Origin: Candidatus Eiseniibacteriota bacterium
GTDB taxonomy: Bacteria; Eisenbacteria; RBG-16-71-46; CAVPCR01
Length of the DNA stretch: 64,000 nt
Assembly: GCA_963702435.1 (NCBI GenBank)
Contig: CAVPCR010000004.1
Location: 128,001 to 192,000 of the forward strand
Direction of reading: 5' to 3'
Shown: in pieces, positions 27,769 to 36,662 of the stretch
Layout: each line of letters starts with the position of its first letter
Position numbering within the stretch: the first letter of the stretch is position 1
Program-made: the position numbers and the translations under genes
Notes under the pieces: model-generated
Seen by the model: the letters and a program-made list of their open reading frames with translations, nothing else
Database searches by the model: none
Told to the model about the DNA's origin: nothing

Positions 27769-28038
27769 ATGACGAACATGAACCTCTCCCTTCCCGAGCC
27801 AATGCGCGAGTGGATTGAGGAGCAAGTCAGAGGGGGTCGTTACGGAAACGCAAGCGAGTACGTCCGCGAGCTCATCCGCCGCGACCAGGAACGCAAAGCC
27901 CAGGAGCGTCTAGAGAGGCTCCTCATCGAGGGCCTTGATAGCGGTCCGGCCGCTGAGATGACGCGGAGCGACTGGGACGACCTCAAGCGGCGGCTTATCG
28001 AGCGCCATCAAGAGAAGCTCTCTGGTGGCAAAGGGTAA
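27769..28038 (+). CDS. parD: Type II antitoxin, ParD family (RHH)
   Basis: MTNMNLSLPEPMREWIEEQV..GRYGNASEYVRELIRRDQ..LIEGLDSG; AAGGAG RBS. Confidence 0.92.
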   Translation: MTNMNLSLPEPMREWIEEQVRGGRYGNASEYVRELIRRDQERKAQERLERLLIEGLDSGPAAEMTRSDWDDLKRRLIERHQEKLSGGKG

Positions 28039-28348
28039 GGTCCACCGCAGGCCGCGTGCCATCCTGGACCTCGAGGCTCTTTCCGATTACCTCTACGCGG
28101 AGGCAGGGTTCGAAGTCGGCATTCGTTTCCTCGATGCCGCGGACGAGGCGTTTGATCGCCTCCTCGCGATGCCTGAGCTTGGAGCATCGCGCGAGTGGAT
28201 GAGCGAGCGCCTTCCGGGACTTCGCATGTGGCCCATTCCTGGCTTTCCGAACCACCTCGTGTTCTACCGCCCGGTCCAAGGCGGAATCGAGGTTGTCCGA
28301 GTGCTTCATGCGGCGCGCAACATCCCAAGGGCCTTTGAAAACGAGTGA
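28025..28348 (+). CDS. parE: Type II toxin, RelE/ParE family
   Basis: RPRAILDL, RFLDAA, MPELG, LRMWPIPGFPNHLVFY, IEVVRVLHAARNI; overlaps the antitoxin. Confidence 0.9.
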   Translation: MAKGKVHRRPRAILDLEALSDYLYAEAGFEVGIRFLDAADEAFDRLLAMPELGASREWMSERLPGLRMWPIPGFPNHLVFYRPVQGGIEVVRVLHAARNIPRAFENE

Positions 28349-28374
28349 GCAAACAGCGTCATGGAGGCCGAGGC

Positions 28375-29271
28375 ATGGGTGACGACGCATTCGAGTGGGA
28401 CTCGTTCGTCTGCCACGCGAGCGAGGACAAAGCGACCTTCGTCTCCCCTCTCGCAGAGGCGCTACGCGCCGAGGGGTTTCGCATCTGGTACGACGGATTC
28501 GTGCTCGAGGTCGGCGACAGCCTACGGCGCAGAATCGATGAGGGGCTGAAGCACAGCCGCTTTGGGGTCGTGGTCCTGAGCAGGGCTTTCTTCGCGAAGG
28601 ACTGGCCGCAGTGGGAACTCGACGGCCTAGCGGCGCGCGAGATGGATAGCGACGATAAGGTCATCCTTCCTGTCTGGCACGGCGTGACGAAGGAGGACGT
28701 GGCCGGGTACTCCCCTTCCCTCGCGGGGAAGGTGGCTGCAAGGAGCGAGGAGGGCCTGGGAAGTGTCGTGCGGCAACTCGCGGCGGTGCTTCGTCGGCCC
28801 GTGAGCCCAAGCGCGCGTCCGTCACCCCGCGAGCGCCGGGAAGCCAAGGGGAGGGCCCGCTCTTCATCGTCGGTGGCGGGCCCCGCAACCTTTTCGGAGC
28901 GTCTCAGGAGACAGCAGGACAAGGAGCGCGAGGAACGCGAGGCTCAGGCCGCGAGGGCCAAATGGCAAGAGCGTCGCGATGAGCTTGTACTCGCCGGGTC
29001 CCAGGACGCCATTGTAGCGGTATGCGCCGAGATTGCGCGCCTTGCGACCGAGGCTCAAGAGGCCCTCGATGAGGACAGGACGAAGCTCCGCATCGAAAAC
29101 CACGGGCGCCAGATTGACGTCTTTTACGGCCGGTACCACCTGCATGTTCGCTACGACCAGCTCTTCGGGAACGTGCCTGATGGGACGGCGCTCGTGCTCG
29201 TGAATAAGCTCGTGAGCGATGATACGTTTCGCGGGGAATGGGCAGATTCACAAGGAGCGATTGGCTCTTGA
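28375..29271 (+). CDS. TIR-domain protein with coiled coil and unknown C-terminal domain (possibly frameshifted; alternative end 29389)
   Basis: DSFVCHASEDK, IWYD, GDSLRRRIDEGL, GVVVLSRAFF, WPQWELDGL, ILPVWH; GGAGG RBS before ATG 28375. Confidence 0.88.
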   Translation: MGDDAFEWDSFVCHASEDKATFVSPLAEALRAEGFRIWYDGFVLEVGDSLRRRIDEGLKHSRFGVVVLSRAFFAKDWPQWELDGLAAREMDSDDKVILPVWHGVTKEDVAGYSPSLAGKVAARSEEGLGSVVRQLAAVLRRPVSPSARPSPRERREAKGRARSSSSVAGPATFSERLRRQQDKEREEREAQAARAKWQERRDELVLAGSQDAIVAVCAEIARLATEAQEALDEDRTKLRIENHGRQIDVFYGRYHLHVRYDQLFGNVPDGTALVLVNKLVSDDTFRGEWADSQGAIGS

Positions 29272-29408
29272 GGCTGACGAGGCTGGAAAACTCGCCTGGG
29301 AACACCACGGGCGACTTCTCTCGCACTGCGAAATGGCTGAGTGGAGCCTGAATCGCCTTCTTGATGCAGCCGCGGTTGGGGATGCGTGAGGATGAACCGC
29401 CGGTGTCC

Positions 29409-30128
29409 TCAGGGCGCCGCGGGGAATCCGGGGAGCGTGCGCACCGCGGCCGCCTCGAGCAGGCGATCGTAGAGGCGGAAGTCGTCGATCGGGGTGTCCG
29501 CGGCACCGAGCGCGAACACCGAGGGCAACCTGGGCATGGCGAACGGAGATCCGGTGTCGTTCGCTTGTGCTTCTCCTTGCACGAACGCGACGGTCGTCCC
29601 TGCTTTCGAGTCCCAGCCGAGCGCCAGATGCACCCAGGAGTCGGCCGCGGGGAGCGGAGTCGTGACCTCGTGCCGGGCGCCGGCGTCGTCGTCGAAGGCG
29701 GCGACCAGCCGGGGCGGCGCGCCGCCGATCGCGACATCGAGGTTGAGCGGTGCATCGGAGGAGAGGACAAGGACCGGTGCGGTGTCGGCGGGGGCCGGGG
29801 CGGGTGCCGGGGCGAGTGCCGGCCGCCGCACCCAGAGCATGATCGTCCCTGCCTCCGGCGTGCGGCCGCGGAGGAGGAGTCGCGAGAGCCGTGAGACGTG
29901 GAGCATCGCGACATGGCGGCGCCCGGGTTCGGGGAGGGCGGCCTCGCCATCGGGCCCGGTGACGAACGCGGGTGTCCCCGTCTTCTCGGCACGCACGGCG
30001 CCCAGCCCGCGCGCGTCCGTGACCGTGCCATCGAGCGGGACGTGGACCATGAGCCCGGCGGGCGCGGCGGCCCCGGCCGTGGCGGCGACGAGGAGGAGCG
30101 CGATCGGGAGAACCCGCCCGCAGGTCAT
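29409..30128 (-). CDS. Secreted LamG/concanavalin-A-like jelly-roll protein
   Basis: Signal peptide; GTIMLWVR, WVHLALGWD, IDDFRLYDRLL. Confidence 0.75.
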   Translation of the reverse strand: MTCGRVLPIALLLVAATAGAAAPAGLMVHVPLDGTVTDARGLGAVRAEKTGTPAFVTGPDGEAALPEPGRRHVAMLHVSRLSRLLLRGRTPEAGTIMLWVRRPALAPAPAPAPADTAPVLVLSSDAPLNLDVAIGGAPPRLVAAFDDDAGARHEVTTPLPAADSWVHLALGWDSKAGTTVAFVQGEAQANDTGSPFAMPRLPSVFALGAADTPIDDFRLYDRLLEAAAVRTLPGFPAAP

Positions 30129-30781
30129 GACCCCCTCGTGGGGATCATGTGGTGCCCGACGACATCGAAGTCGATGTCGATCGTCTCGGCCACGTTGACG
30201 ACCCCGGCCACCTTGATCCGTGTGAGATTGAAGTCGGCGTGCTTGATCGCGAACTTCCCGCGCGCCCGCAGTCTCTGACGGTCGAGGTCGATCGTGACCG
30301 GGATCCGGATCTCGCGCGTCACGCCGTGGAGTGTGAGCGCCACCGTGAGCTCGCCTCGGTGCGAGCCGAAGGCGGGAGCCGGCTTCTCCGGCACGAAACG
30401 CACCTCGCTGAATGAGATCAACGGGAACTCGCCGGCGGCGAGGACCTTCTCGTGCATGTCCTTCTCGATCCGGGCGCGCTTGTCCGCGTCCTCACCGGGA
30501 TCGATGACGGCGAGCGCCGTGCTCCCCGCCGTGATCCGGAGGCCGCATCTGGTGACATCGGTCGAGTCGATGCTCACCAGACCGCCGAACGGGACGGCGA
30601 TCGTGTGGTTGTGACCCGCGAAGCCGAGGAGCCCGGACGAGCCGGTATGGGCGCGGACGGTCGACGAATCGGCGAGGAGTTCATAGATCAGGGTGTGGTC
30701 GGGCGGGGGCTCGCCGGCGGCGGTCCCTGCGCCGAGCAGGACCACGATCGCGAGCGCGAGGGGCGGGAACAGAACGGACAA
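30125..30781 (-). CDS. YceI-family (polyisoprenoid-binding) periplasmic protein
   Basis: Signal peptide; VLAAGEFPLISF, LTLHGVTREI, GKFAIKHADFNL; GGAGGTGA RBS before a TTG start. Confidence 0.85.
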   Translation of the reverse strand: MSVLFPPLALAIVVLLGAGTAAGEPPPDHTLIYELLADSSTVRAHTGSSGLLGFAGHNHTIAVPFGGLVSIDSTDVTRCGLRITAGSTALAVIDPGEDADKRARIEKDMHEKVLAAGEFPLISFSEVRFVPEKPAPAFGSHRGELTVALTLHGVTREIRIPVTIDLDRQRLRARGKFAIKHADFNLTRIKVAGVVNVAETIDIDFDVVGHHMIPTRGS

Positions 30782-30920
30782 AAGATCACCTCCGGGTCGG
30801 CATGGCAGGGCGCAGGCGGGGACGGCCGCGCTCGACTATGCTAGCCTGTCCTTTCGAAGAACGCCTCGGGATCTCATCCACTCCCCCCAGCCTGCCGGCC
30901 ACAGTCAAGGAGAGCCGCTC

Positions 30921-31859
30921 GTGCCCGTTTCGAAGCCGGGCCCCACCGGGGTCGTCGCCGGGAGTTCCCCCGCGTGCTCGACTCTCGGGTCGGACGTGCG
31001 CCTCCTCGGCGCGCATCTCAGGATCGCGTTCCAGCTCCTCCTCGCCCCCATCTTCATGCTCGGCGCGCTGCTCGCGGGCGGCGAGCCCACCTTCGCGCTC
31101 GCGCTGTCCTTCATCGCCGTGCACGCCGGCATCTACGGCGGCATGACCGCTTTCAACTCGTACTACGATCGCGATCGCGGCCCGATCGCCTTCATGAAAC
31201 GCCCGGTGCCGGCGACCCCCTTCGTGCGCGATGCCGCACTCGCGATCCAGCTCGGTGCAGTGATCCTCCTCCTTCTCCTGCGCCCGGCCGCGGCCGGGCC
31301 CGCCCTCGCTCTCGTCGCGATGGGCATCGCCTACTCGCATCCGCGCTGGCGGTGGAAGGCGCATCTCGGGGCGAGCCTCTTCGCGGTGAGCGTCGGGCAG
31401 GGGATCCTCGCCTTCGCGATCGGCTATCTCGCGGGCGGCGGCCCGGCGGCCGGGCTTCGCGAGCCGCGAGTCGCCGCGGCGGCGCTCGGCGCCGCGCTCG
31501 TCACGCTCGGCCTCTATCCGGTGACCCAGGTCTACCAGATCGAGGAGGACCGAGCGCGCGGCGATCGCACGCTCGCGATCGCGATCGGGTGGCGCGGCGC
31601 GCTCCTCGTCTCGGCGGTCGTCCTCGCCGCGGGTGTCGGGCTCCTCCTCGGCGCGCTCGCCGGGCGCATCGCGCCCTTCTGGTCGGTCGTTCTCCCGGCC
31701 GGCGTCCTCGGGCTCTGGGGTCTCTTCGGCCTCTGGGCGCGGCGCTTCGAGCAGCTCGATGCATACCGGAATCACGACTGGGCACTCGGACTCGGCATCG
31801 TCGCGGCGAGCGTGTTCTGGCTCCTGATCGTGAGCGAATGGATCCGCCATGCGCGATGA
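30921..31859 (+). CDS. UbiA-superfamily prenyltransferase
   Basis: Multiple TM helices; FNSYYDRDRG, AYSHPRWRWK, TQVYQIEEDRARGDRT; AAGGAG RBS before GTG 30921. Confidence 0.85.
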   Translation: MPVSKPGPTGVVAGSSPACSTLGSDVRLLGAHLRIAFQLLLAPIFMLGALLAGGEPTFALALSFIAVHAGIYGGMTAFNSYYDRDRGPIAFMKRPVPATPFVRDAALAIQLGAVILLLLLRPAAAGPALALVAMGIAYSHPRWRWKAHLGASLFAVSVGQGILAFAIGYLAGGGPAAGLREPRVAAAALGAALVTLGLYPVTQVYQIEEDRARGDRTLAIAIGWRGALLVSAVVLAAGVGLLLGALAGRIAPFWSVVLPAGVLGLWGLFGLWARRFEQLDAYRNHDWALGLGIVAASVFWLLIVSEWIRHAR

Positions 31860-33063
31860 AGGAACCACGGCCGTCGTGACTGCGGCGGCTTGGCGGCGGG
31901 CGCCGGGCCGCAGCGGCCGGATACGGAGCGCCGTCTGGGCGATCGGCAGCGCGGTCCCCGGTCCCGGGCGGGCGCAACGCGAGCTCGTCGCCTTCATGAA
32001 GCGCGCGCATGGCGCCGATCCTCATCTCGGGCGGCGGCTCGATGTCCTCTATCGCCGCTCGGGCATCGAGCAGCGACACAGCTGCCTCGAGGACTACGGG
32101 CGCGATCCGGCCGCGTTCACCTTCTACCCGCCGGACTGGCAGGGGCCGCTGCCCTCGACCGCCCGGCGCATGGCCGCCTACCGCGAGGCGGCGCTCCCGC
32201 TCGCGCGCGCGGCCGCCGAGCGCGCGCTCGCCCGCCGGCCGGGCCTCGCGCCGGAAGCGGTGACGCATCTCATCGTCACGAGCTGCACCGGGTTCTACTC
32301 GCCGGGGCTCGATGTAGACCTGGTGACGGCGCTCGGTCTCTCGCCGCAGGTGGCTCGCACCCTCGTCGGTTTCCAGGGCTGCCATGCCGGCGTGTCGAGC
32401 CTCCGCCTGGCCGACGCGATTTCTTGCGGCGACCCGCAAGCGATTGTCCTGGTCGTGTGCGTCGAGCTTTGCACGCTGCATTTCCAGATCGAGCCGAGCG
32501 ACGACAATCTACTCGCGAACTCGCTCTTCGCGGACGGGGCCGCGGCGGCGGTGGTGGCTGCGGACTCGCGTGAGGGCGCGCGCGACGCCTGGCAAGACGG
32601 CGGGCTCCGCTTCACGATCGAGCGCGCGGGCTCCTGGCTCGCTGCCGGCACCGAGCGCGAGATGGCGTGGACCATCGGCGATCGCGGTTTCCAGATGGGA
32701 TTGAGCGCGCTCGTGCCGCGGATCCTCGGGGTCGAGGTGGGCGGCTTTCTCGACGGGGCGCTCGGGATCGCGCCGGACGCTCTCGCCGCGCTCGACTTCG
32801 CCGCCGTGCATCCGGGCGGGCCGGCCATTCTCGACCAGGTCGAGCGCGCCCTGGGGCTGCCTCCGCGGCTTCTGGCGCCGTCGCGTTGCGTGCTCGCGGA
32901 CTACGGGAACATGTCGTCGCCGACCATCCTCTTCGTGCTCGAGCGGATCGCGGCGGAACGGGCGGCGGCCGCGGATGCGGTGCGGGACGCGCGGGGCCTC
33001 GCCCTCGCCTTCGGCCCCGGGCTCACGCTCGAGGCGGCGGTGCTCACCGCGCATGGTGATTGA
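31849..33063 (+). CDS. Type III polyketide synthase
   Basis: Catalytic triad motifs GFQGCHAG (Cys), VHPGG (His), YGNMSS (Asn); VELCTLH, LFADGAAA, AFGPGLT. Confidence 0.95.
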   Translation: MRDEGTTAVVTAAAWRRAPGRSGRIRSAVWAIGSAVPGPGRAQRELVAFMKRAHGADPHLGRRLDVLYRRSGIEQRHSCLEDYGRDPAAFTFYPPDWQGPLPSTARRMAAYREAALPLARAAAERALARRPGLAPEAVTHLIVTSCTGFYSPGLDVDLVTALGLSPQVARTLVGFQGCHAGVSSLRLADAISCGDPQAIVLVVCVELCTLHFQIEPSDDNLLANSLFADGAAAAVVAADSREGARDAWQDGGLRFTIERAGSWLAAGTEREMAWTIGDRGFQMGLSALVPRILGVEVGGFLDGALGIAPDALAALDFAAVHPGGPAILDQVERALGLPPRLLAPSRCVLADYGNMSSPTILFVLERIAAERAAAADAVRDARGLALAFGPGLTLEAAVLTAHGD

Positions 33064-33096
33064 GGGCTCCGATTCGGCGGGCTGCCGACATCCATA

Positions 33097-33828
33097 ATGA
33101 CCGGGCGCTGTCACGATCCCGAGCTGATGGACGATCCTGCGATCCGCGGACCGGAGGTGGATCTCGCCCTCCGCGAGATCGCGATCGTCAACCGCTACCT
33201 CGGCGGTGTGGCCACCACGCTCGCCGGGCTCGCGCCGCGGCTCCGCGGCCGCCTGGAGCCGGTGCGCCTCCTCGATGTGGGGACCGGCGGCGGCGATCTG
33301 CCGGTCGCGATCGCAGAGCTCGGGCGGCGCCTCGGTGTTCCGCTCGAGATCGTGGCCGTCGATCGCGGTGCGGACGCCTGCCGGCGGGCGCGGGCGGCGG
33401 CGCACGACTACCCGGAGATCGCGGTCGTTCGCGCCGACGTGTTCGCGCTCCCGTTCCCGCCGCGGAGTTTCCATCTCGCGCACTGCGCCATGTTCCTCCA
33501 TCACTTCACGCAGGAGGAGAGCGCGCGCATCCTCGCAGCGCTCGGCAGCTTCGTGCGCGAGGGGATCGTGGTCAACGATCTGCATCGCCACCCGGTGGCC
33601 TACCACGCGATCCGCATCTTGACCCGGCTCTTCTCGCAGAGCCGGCTCGTCCGGAACGACGCGCCGCTCTCGGTGCGCCGCGCCTTCCGCGGCGCCGATC
33701 TCGACGACCTCCGCGCGCGGTGCGTCTTCCCGCGCTTCCGCTACCGGTGGCGGTGGGCGTTCCGCTACCTGTGCGAGATCGACGTGAGCGACATGAAGGG
33801 CGTGGACGGCGGCGGGAGAACGGAATGA
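33097..33828 (+). CDS. SAM-dependent methyltransferase (T3PKS-associated type)
   Basis: ELMDDP, VNRYLGG, LLDVGTGGGD, FLHHF, VNDLHR, DAPLSVRRAF. Confidence 0.9.
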   Translation: MTGRCHDPELMDDPAIRGPEVDLALREIAIVNRYLGGVATTLAGLAPRLRGRLEPVRLLDVGTGGGDLPVAIAELGRRLGVPLEIVAVDRGADACRRARAAAHDYPEIAVVRADVFALPFPPRSFHLAHCAMFLHHFTQEESARILAALGSFVREGIVVNDLHRHPVAYHAIRILTRLFSQSRLVRNDAPLSVRRAFRGADLDDLRARCVFPRFRYRWRWAFRYLCEIDVSDMKGVDGGGRTE

Positions 33829-35009
33829 CGGGACCTGTGGACCTGGCCGTCCTCGGCGCCGGCCCGGCCGGCAGCGCGCTCGCGCTCCGGCTCGCCCGCC
33901 GGGGATTCCGGGTCGTCGCCGTGGAGCAGCGGGCGGTGCCGGCGCCGAAGCTCTGCGGCGAGTTCCTCTCGGCAGAGGCGGTGGCGCGACTCGCGGAGCT
34001 CGATCTCCTCGCGGGCTTGAGCCCGCAGGCGGCGCCTGCCGAGATTCGCGCCGTGCGGCTCACGGCGCCCCGCGCCCCGGAGGTCGTGCATCGTCTCGAG
34101 CCGGCCTCGCTCGGTCTGAGCCGGCTCGCTTTCGATGCGGCACTCGCGCGCGCAGCGGCGGCGGCGGGCGCCGAGATCCGGCCCCGCTGGCGCGCGATCG
34201 CCGTCACCCGGCGCGACGCGGTCCTCGCGATCCGCGGCGTGACGGCGAGCGGGGTGCACGAGGAGATCGTCGCCCGTTCGGTGGTCGGCGCATTCGGGAA
34301 GGCAGAGCGCCTGGGCGACCCGGGCCGCGGCGCGGCCGAGGAGGACGGCGGGCGCTTCATCGCGTGGAAGGCGCACCACACGGGGGCGAGTCCGCGCGAG
34401 ACGGTCGAGCTCCACGCCTTCGCCGGCGGCTACGTGGGCGTGGGTCCGATCGAGGGCGCTGGCGTCAACGTGTGCGGGATCGCCACGCGAACCGCTTTCG
34501 AGCGCGCGGGATCGTCGGTCGTAGCGCTCGCCGCCGCCGCCGCGCGCGAGAATCCCGCGCTCGCGGCGCGGCTTGCCGGGCTCGAGCGGCGCGAGCCCGA
34601 TCTGACCGCCGCCGCGATCCCCTTCCGCCGCCGCTGCCCGACGGCCGGCGATCTCCTCCTCGTCGGCGACGCGGCTGCAATCATCGCACCCCTGTGCGGG
34701 GACGGGATCGGGATGGCGCTCAGCGGGGCGGCGCTCGCCGAGCCGCTGCTCGCGCTGCATCTCGAGGGGCGGCTGTCGCGCGCGGCGATGCTCGCCGAGT
34801 ACGCGGGGCGCTGGCGGCGCGCGTTCTCCCGGCAGCTCGCGATCGGGAGCGGACTCCAGCGCCTGCTCCTCGCGCCGGCGGGTGCGGCGTGGGCGCTCCG
34901 CCTGGGCTCGATTGCGCCGCCGCTCGTCGGCTGGCTCGTCAGGAATACACGGGATGCCGCGCTCAGCGCGGGCGCGGCTTCTTGCGCGCAGGGGGGGGCT
35001 GGCCGATGA
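33825..35009 (+). CDS. FAD-dependent oxidoreductase (geranylgeranyl reductase/hydroxylase-like)
   Basis: VLGAGPAG, KLCGEFLS, SRLAFDAAL, LVGDAAAIIAPLCGDGIGMA; ATGA coupling. Confidence 0.9.
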   Translation: MTGPVDLAVLGAGPAGSALALRLARRGFRVVAVEQRAVPAPKLCGEFLSAEAVARLAELDLLAGLSPQAAPAEIRAVRLTAPRAPEVVHRLEPASLGLSRLAFDAALARAAAAAGAEIRPRWRAIAVTRRDAVLAIRGVTASGVHEEIVARSVVGAFGKAERLGDPGRGAAEEDGGRFIAWKAHHTGASPRETVELHAFAGGYVGVGPIEGAGVNVCGIATRTAFERAGSSVVALAAAAARENPALAARLAGLERREPDLTAAAIPFRRRCPTAGDLLLVGDAAAIIAPLCGDGIGMALSGAALAEPLLALHLEGRLSRAAMLAEYAGRWRRAFSRQLAIGSGLQRLLLAPAGAAWALRLGSIAPPLVGWLVRNTRDAALSAGAASCAQGGAGR

Positions 35010-35463
35010 GCTTGCGCGCGGGGGGTGCGGCGGCGCGCGGTGCGCGCTTCGCGCTCGCGAGCGCCTTCTTGTCGCCGAGGATCTGCGCAGTCCGGTGCGG
35101 ATCGGCGACGCGCACGTAGAGGGTGGCCACGCGGCCGGCCTGGCCCGCGCTGCCATAGGCGTACTCGATGCTGATGTGGTGCGCGGCGAGCTGGCGGGCG
35201 AGGCGAAGGAGCCCGGCGGGGCGGTTGGCGAGCTTGACCGCCACCACGTCCGAGCGCGTGACGAGGAAGCCGCGATCGGCGAGGACGTCCAGCCCCCGCG
35301 CCGGATCATCGGTGATGAGCCGCACGACGCCGTGCTCGGTCTCGCCGTGGGCCGAGAATCCCTCGATGTTGATGTTGTGCGAGCCGAGCGCGTCGCAGAT
35401 GCGGGTGAGGATGCCGGGGCTGTTCTCGATGACGACGGACAGCTGGGTCTTGACCCGGATCAT
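34963..35463 (-). CDS. Tandem ACT-domain protein
   Basis: QLSVVIENSPGIL..NINI and NRPAGL..ISIEYAY repeats. Confidence 0.85.
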   Translation of the reverse strand: MIRVKTQLSVVIENSPGILTRICDALGSHNINIEGFSAHGETEHGVVRLITDDPARGLDVLADRGFLVTRSDVVAVKLANRPAGLLRLARQLAAHHISIEYAYGSAGQAGRVATLYVRVADPHRTAQILGDKKALASAKRAPRAAAPPARKLIGQPPPARKKPRPR

Positions 35464-35780
35464 GGGAGCCTCCGTGGCCGGCGGCCCGAAGCGGCCTGTG
35501 CTCTCGGGAGCGGTCGGGACGCGACGCCGGAAGTGTAAGCGCTCGGTCGCGCGGTGACCATGCCGAGCCGCGGCGTCAAGGCGGCTCAGGAGAGCCGCGG
35601 TCTTCGGCGGCGCCGGCCAGGATCGGGCTCCCCCGGCCGGGGGTCCTCTCGGGTCGACTCGATCCGCATGGTAGGCTCCCCGGCATCGCCAGCCCCCCGG
35701 GCCCCACGGCCCTGGGGGACCGTGGACAGACCGGAACGCAGTGACGAAGTCGTGACTCTTCGCCAGCTGAGGGAGATTGC

Positions 35781-36606
35781 ATGAGACCCATCCTGATGGC
35801 GCTGGCGGCCGTGGCCCTGCTGGCCGGCGCCGCCCACGCCGACACCACCATCAACTACGAGTTCCGGGACTTCGAAGACGCGGAGACCGCGCAGGTCACG
35901 CCCGGCGCCTACCAGATCTCGGGGCAGAACGTCGCCGCCAGCTTCCTGGCTTCCGGCGACCAGCCAGGGTCGCCTGGTCTTCCTCGGCGACCAGGAGATC
36001 CTCTGGATCATCAACGACGGCGACAAGAGCTACATGCAGCTCGACCGGAAGACGCTGGCCGCATTCGCCGAGCAGATGAAGACGGCGAAGGCCAACCTCG
36101 ATGCACAGCTGTCCACGCTCCCAGCCGACCAGCGGGCGATGGTCGAACAGAGCATGAAGGGGATGCTGGGAGACGGGGCAGAGCTGCCAGCGATGGAGTA
36201 CCGCGCGACTCAGGAGAAGAAGACCATCGGCGGCTTCAACTGCCAGCGCCACGACATCCTGGAAGAGGGCGTGAAATCGGGCGAGATCTGGGCCGCGCCC
36301 TATTCGGCTGTCGAGCTCGAACCGACCGACGTGCAGGCCATCACGGGCATGATCGACTTCTTCATGGAGTACCTCGATGCGATGAGCGGCCTGCTGCCCG
36401 GTCTCCAGAACGCCCGCCGGGAGGTGGCCTCCTTCAACAAGGCGGTCGACGGCTTCCCGGTGCTCAGTCGCACCATGGATGGCGACAAGGTCGAGAGCGA
36501 GATGGAGCTCAAGTCGGTGAGCCATGACCAGCTGCCGGCCGCGGTCTTCGCGCTCCCCGCCGGCTACAAGCAGCAGGCCATGCCGCAGATGCCGGAGTCG
36601 AAGTAG
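35781..36606 (+). pseudogene. Secreted DUF4412-like protein, frameshifted near 35965 (real change or sequence error)
   Basis: The signal-peptide frame (MRPILMALAAVALLAGAAHA) switches frame at GACCAGCCAGGGT to GRLVFLGDQEILWIINDGDKSY..TIGGFNCQ..EIW..GFPV..FALPAGYK. Confidence 0.8.
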
Positions 36607-36662
36607 AGGCCGTGGCGCGTTCCGTTGCGCCGGTTGCGCCCGTTGCGCCCGAGGAGGTCGGA

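Noticed and set aside
23800..29408. tRNA/tmRNA target or attL/attR direct repeats bounding the islet
   Set aside because: By eye I found no tRNA-like sequence and no matching direct repeat at the two junctions, so the boundaries remain approximate.
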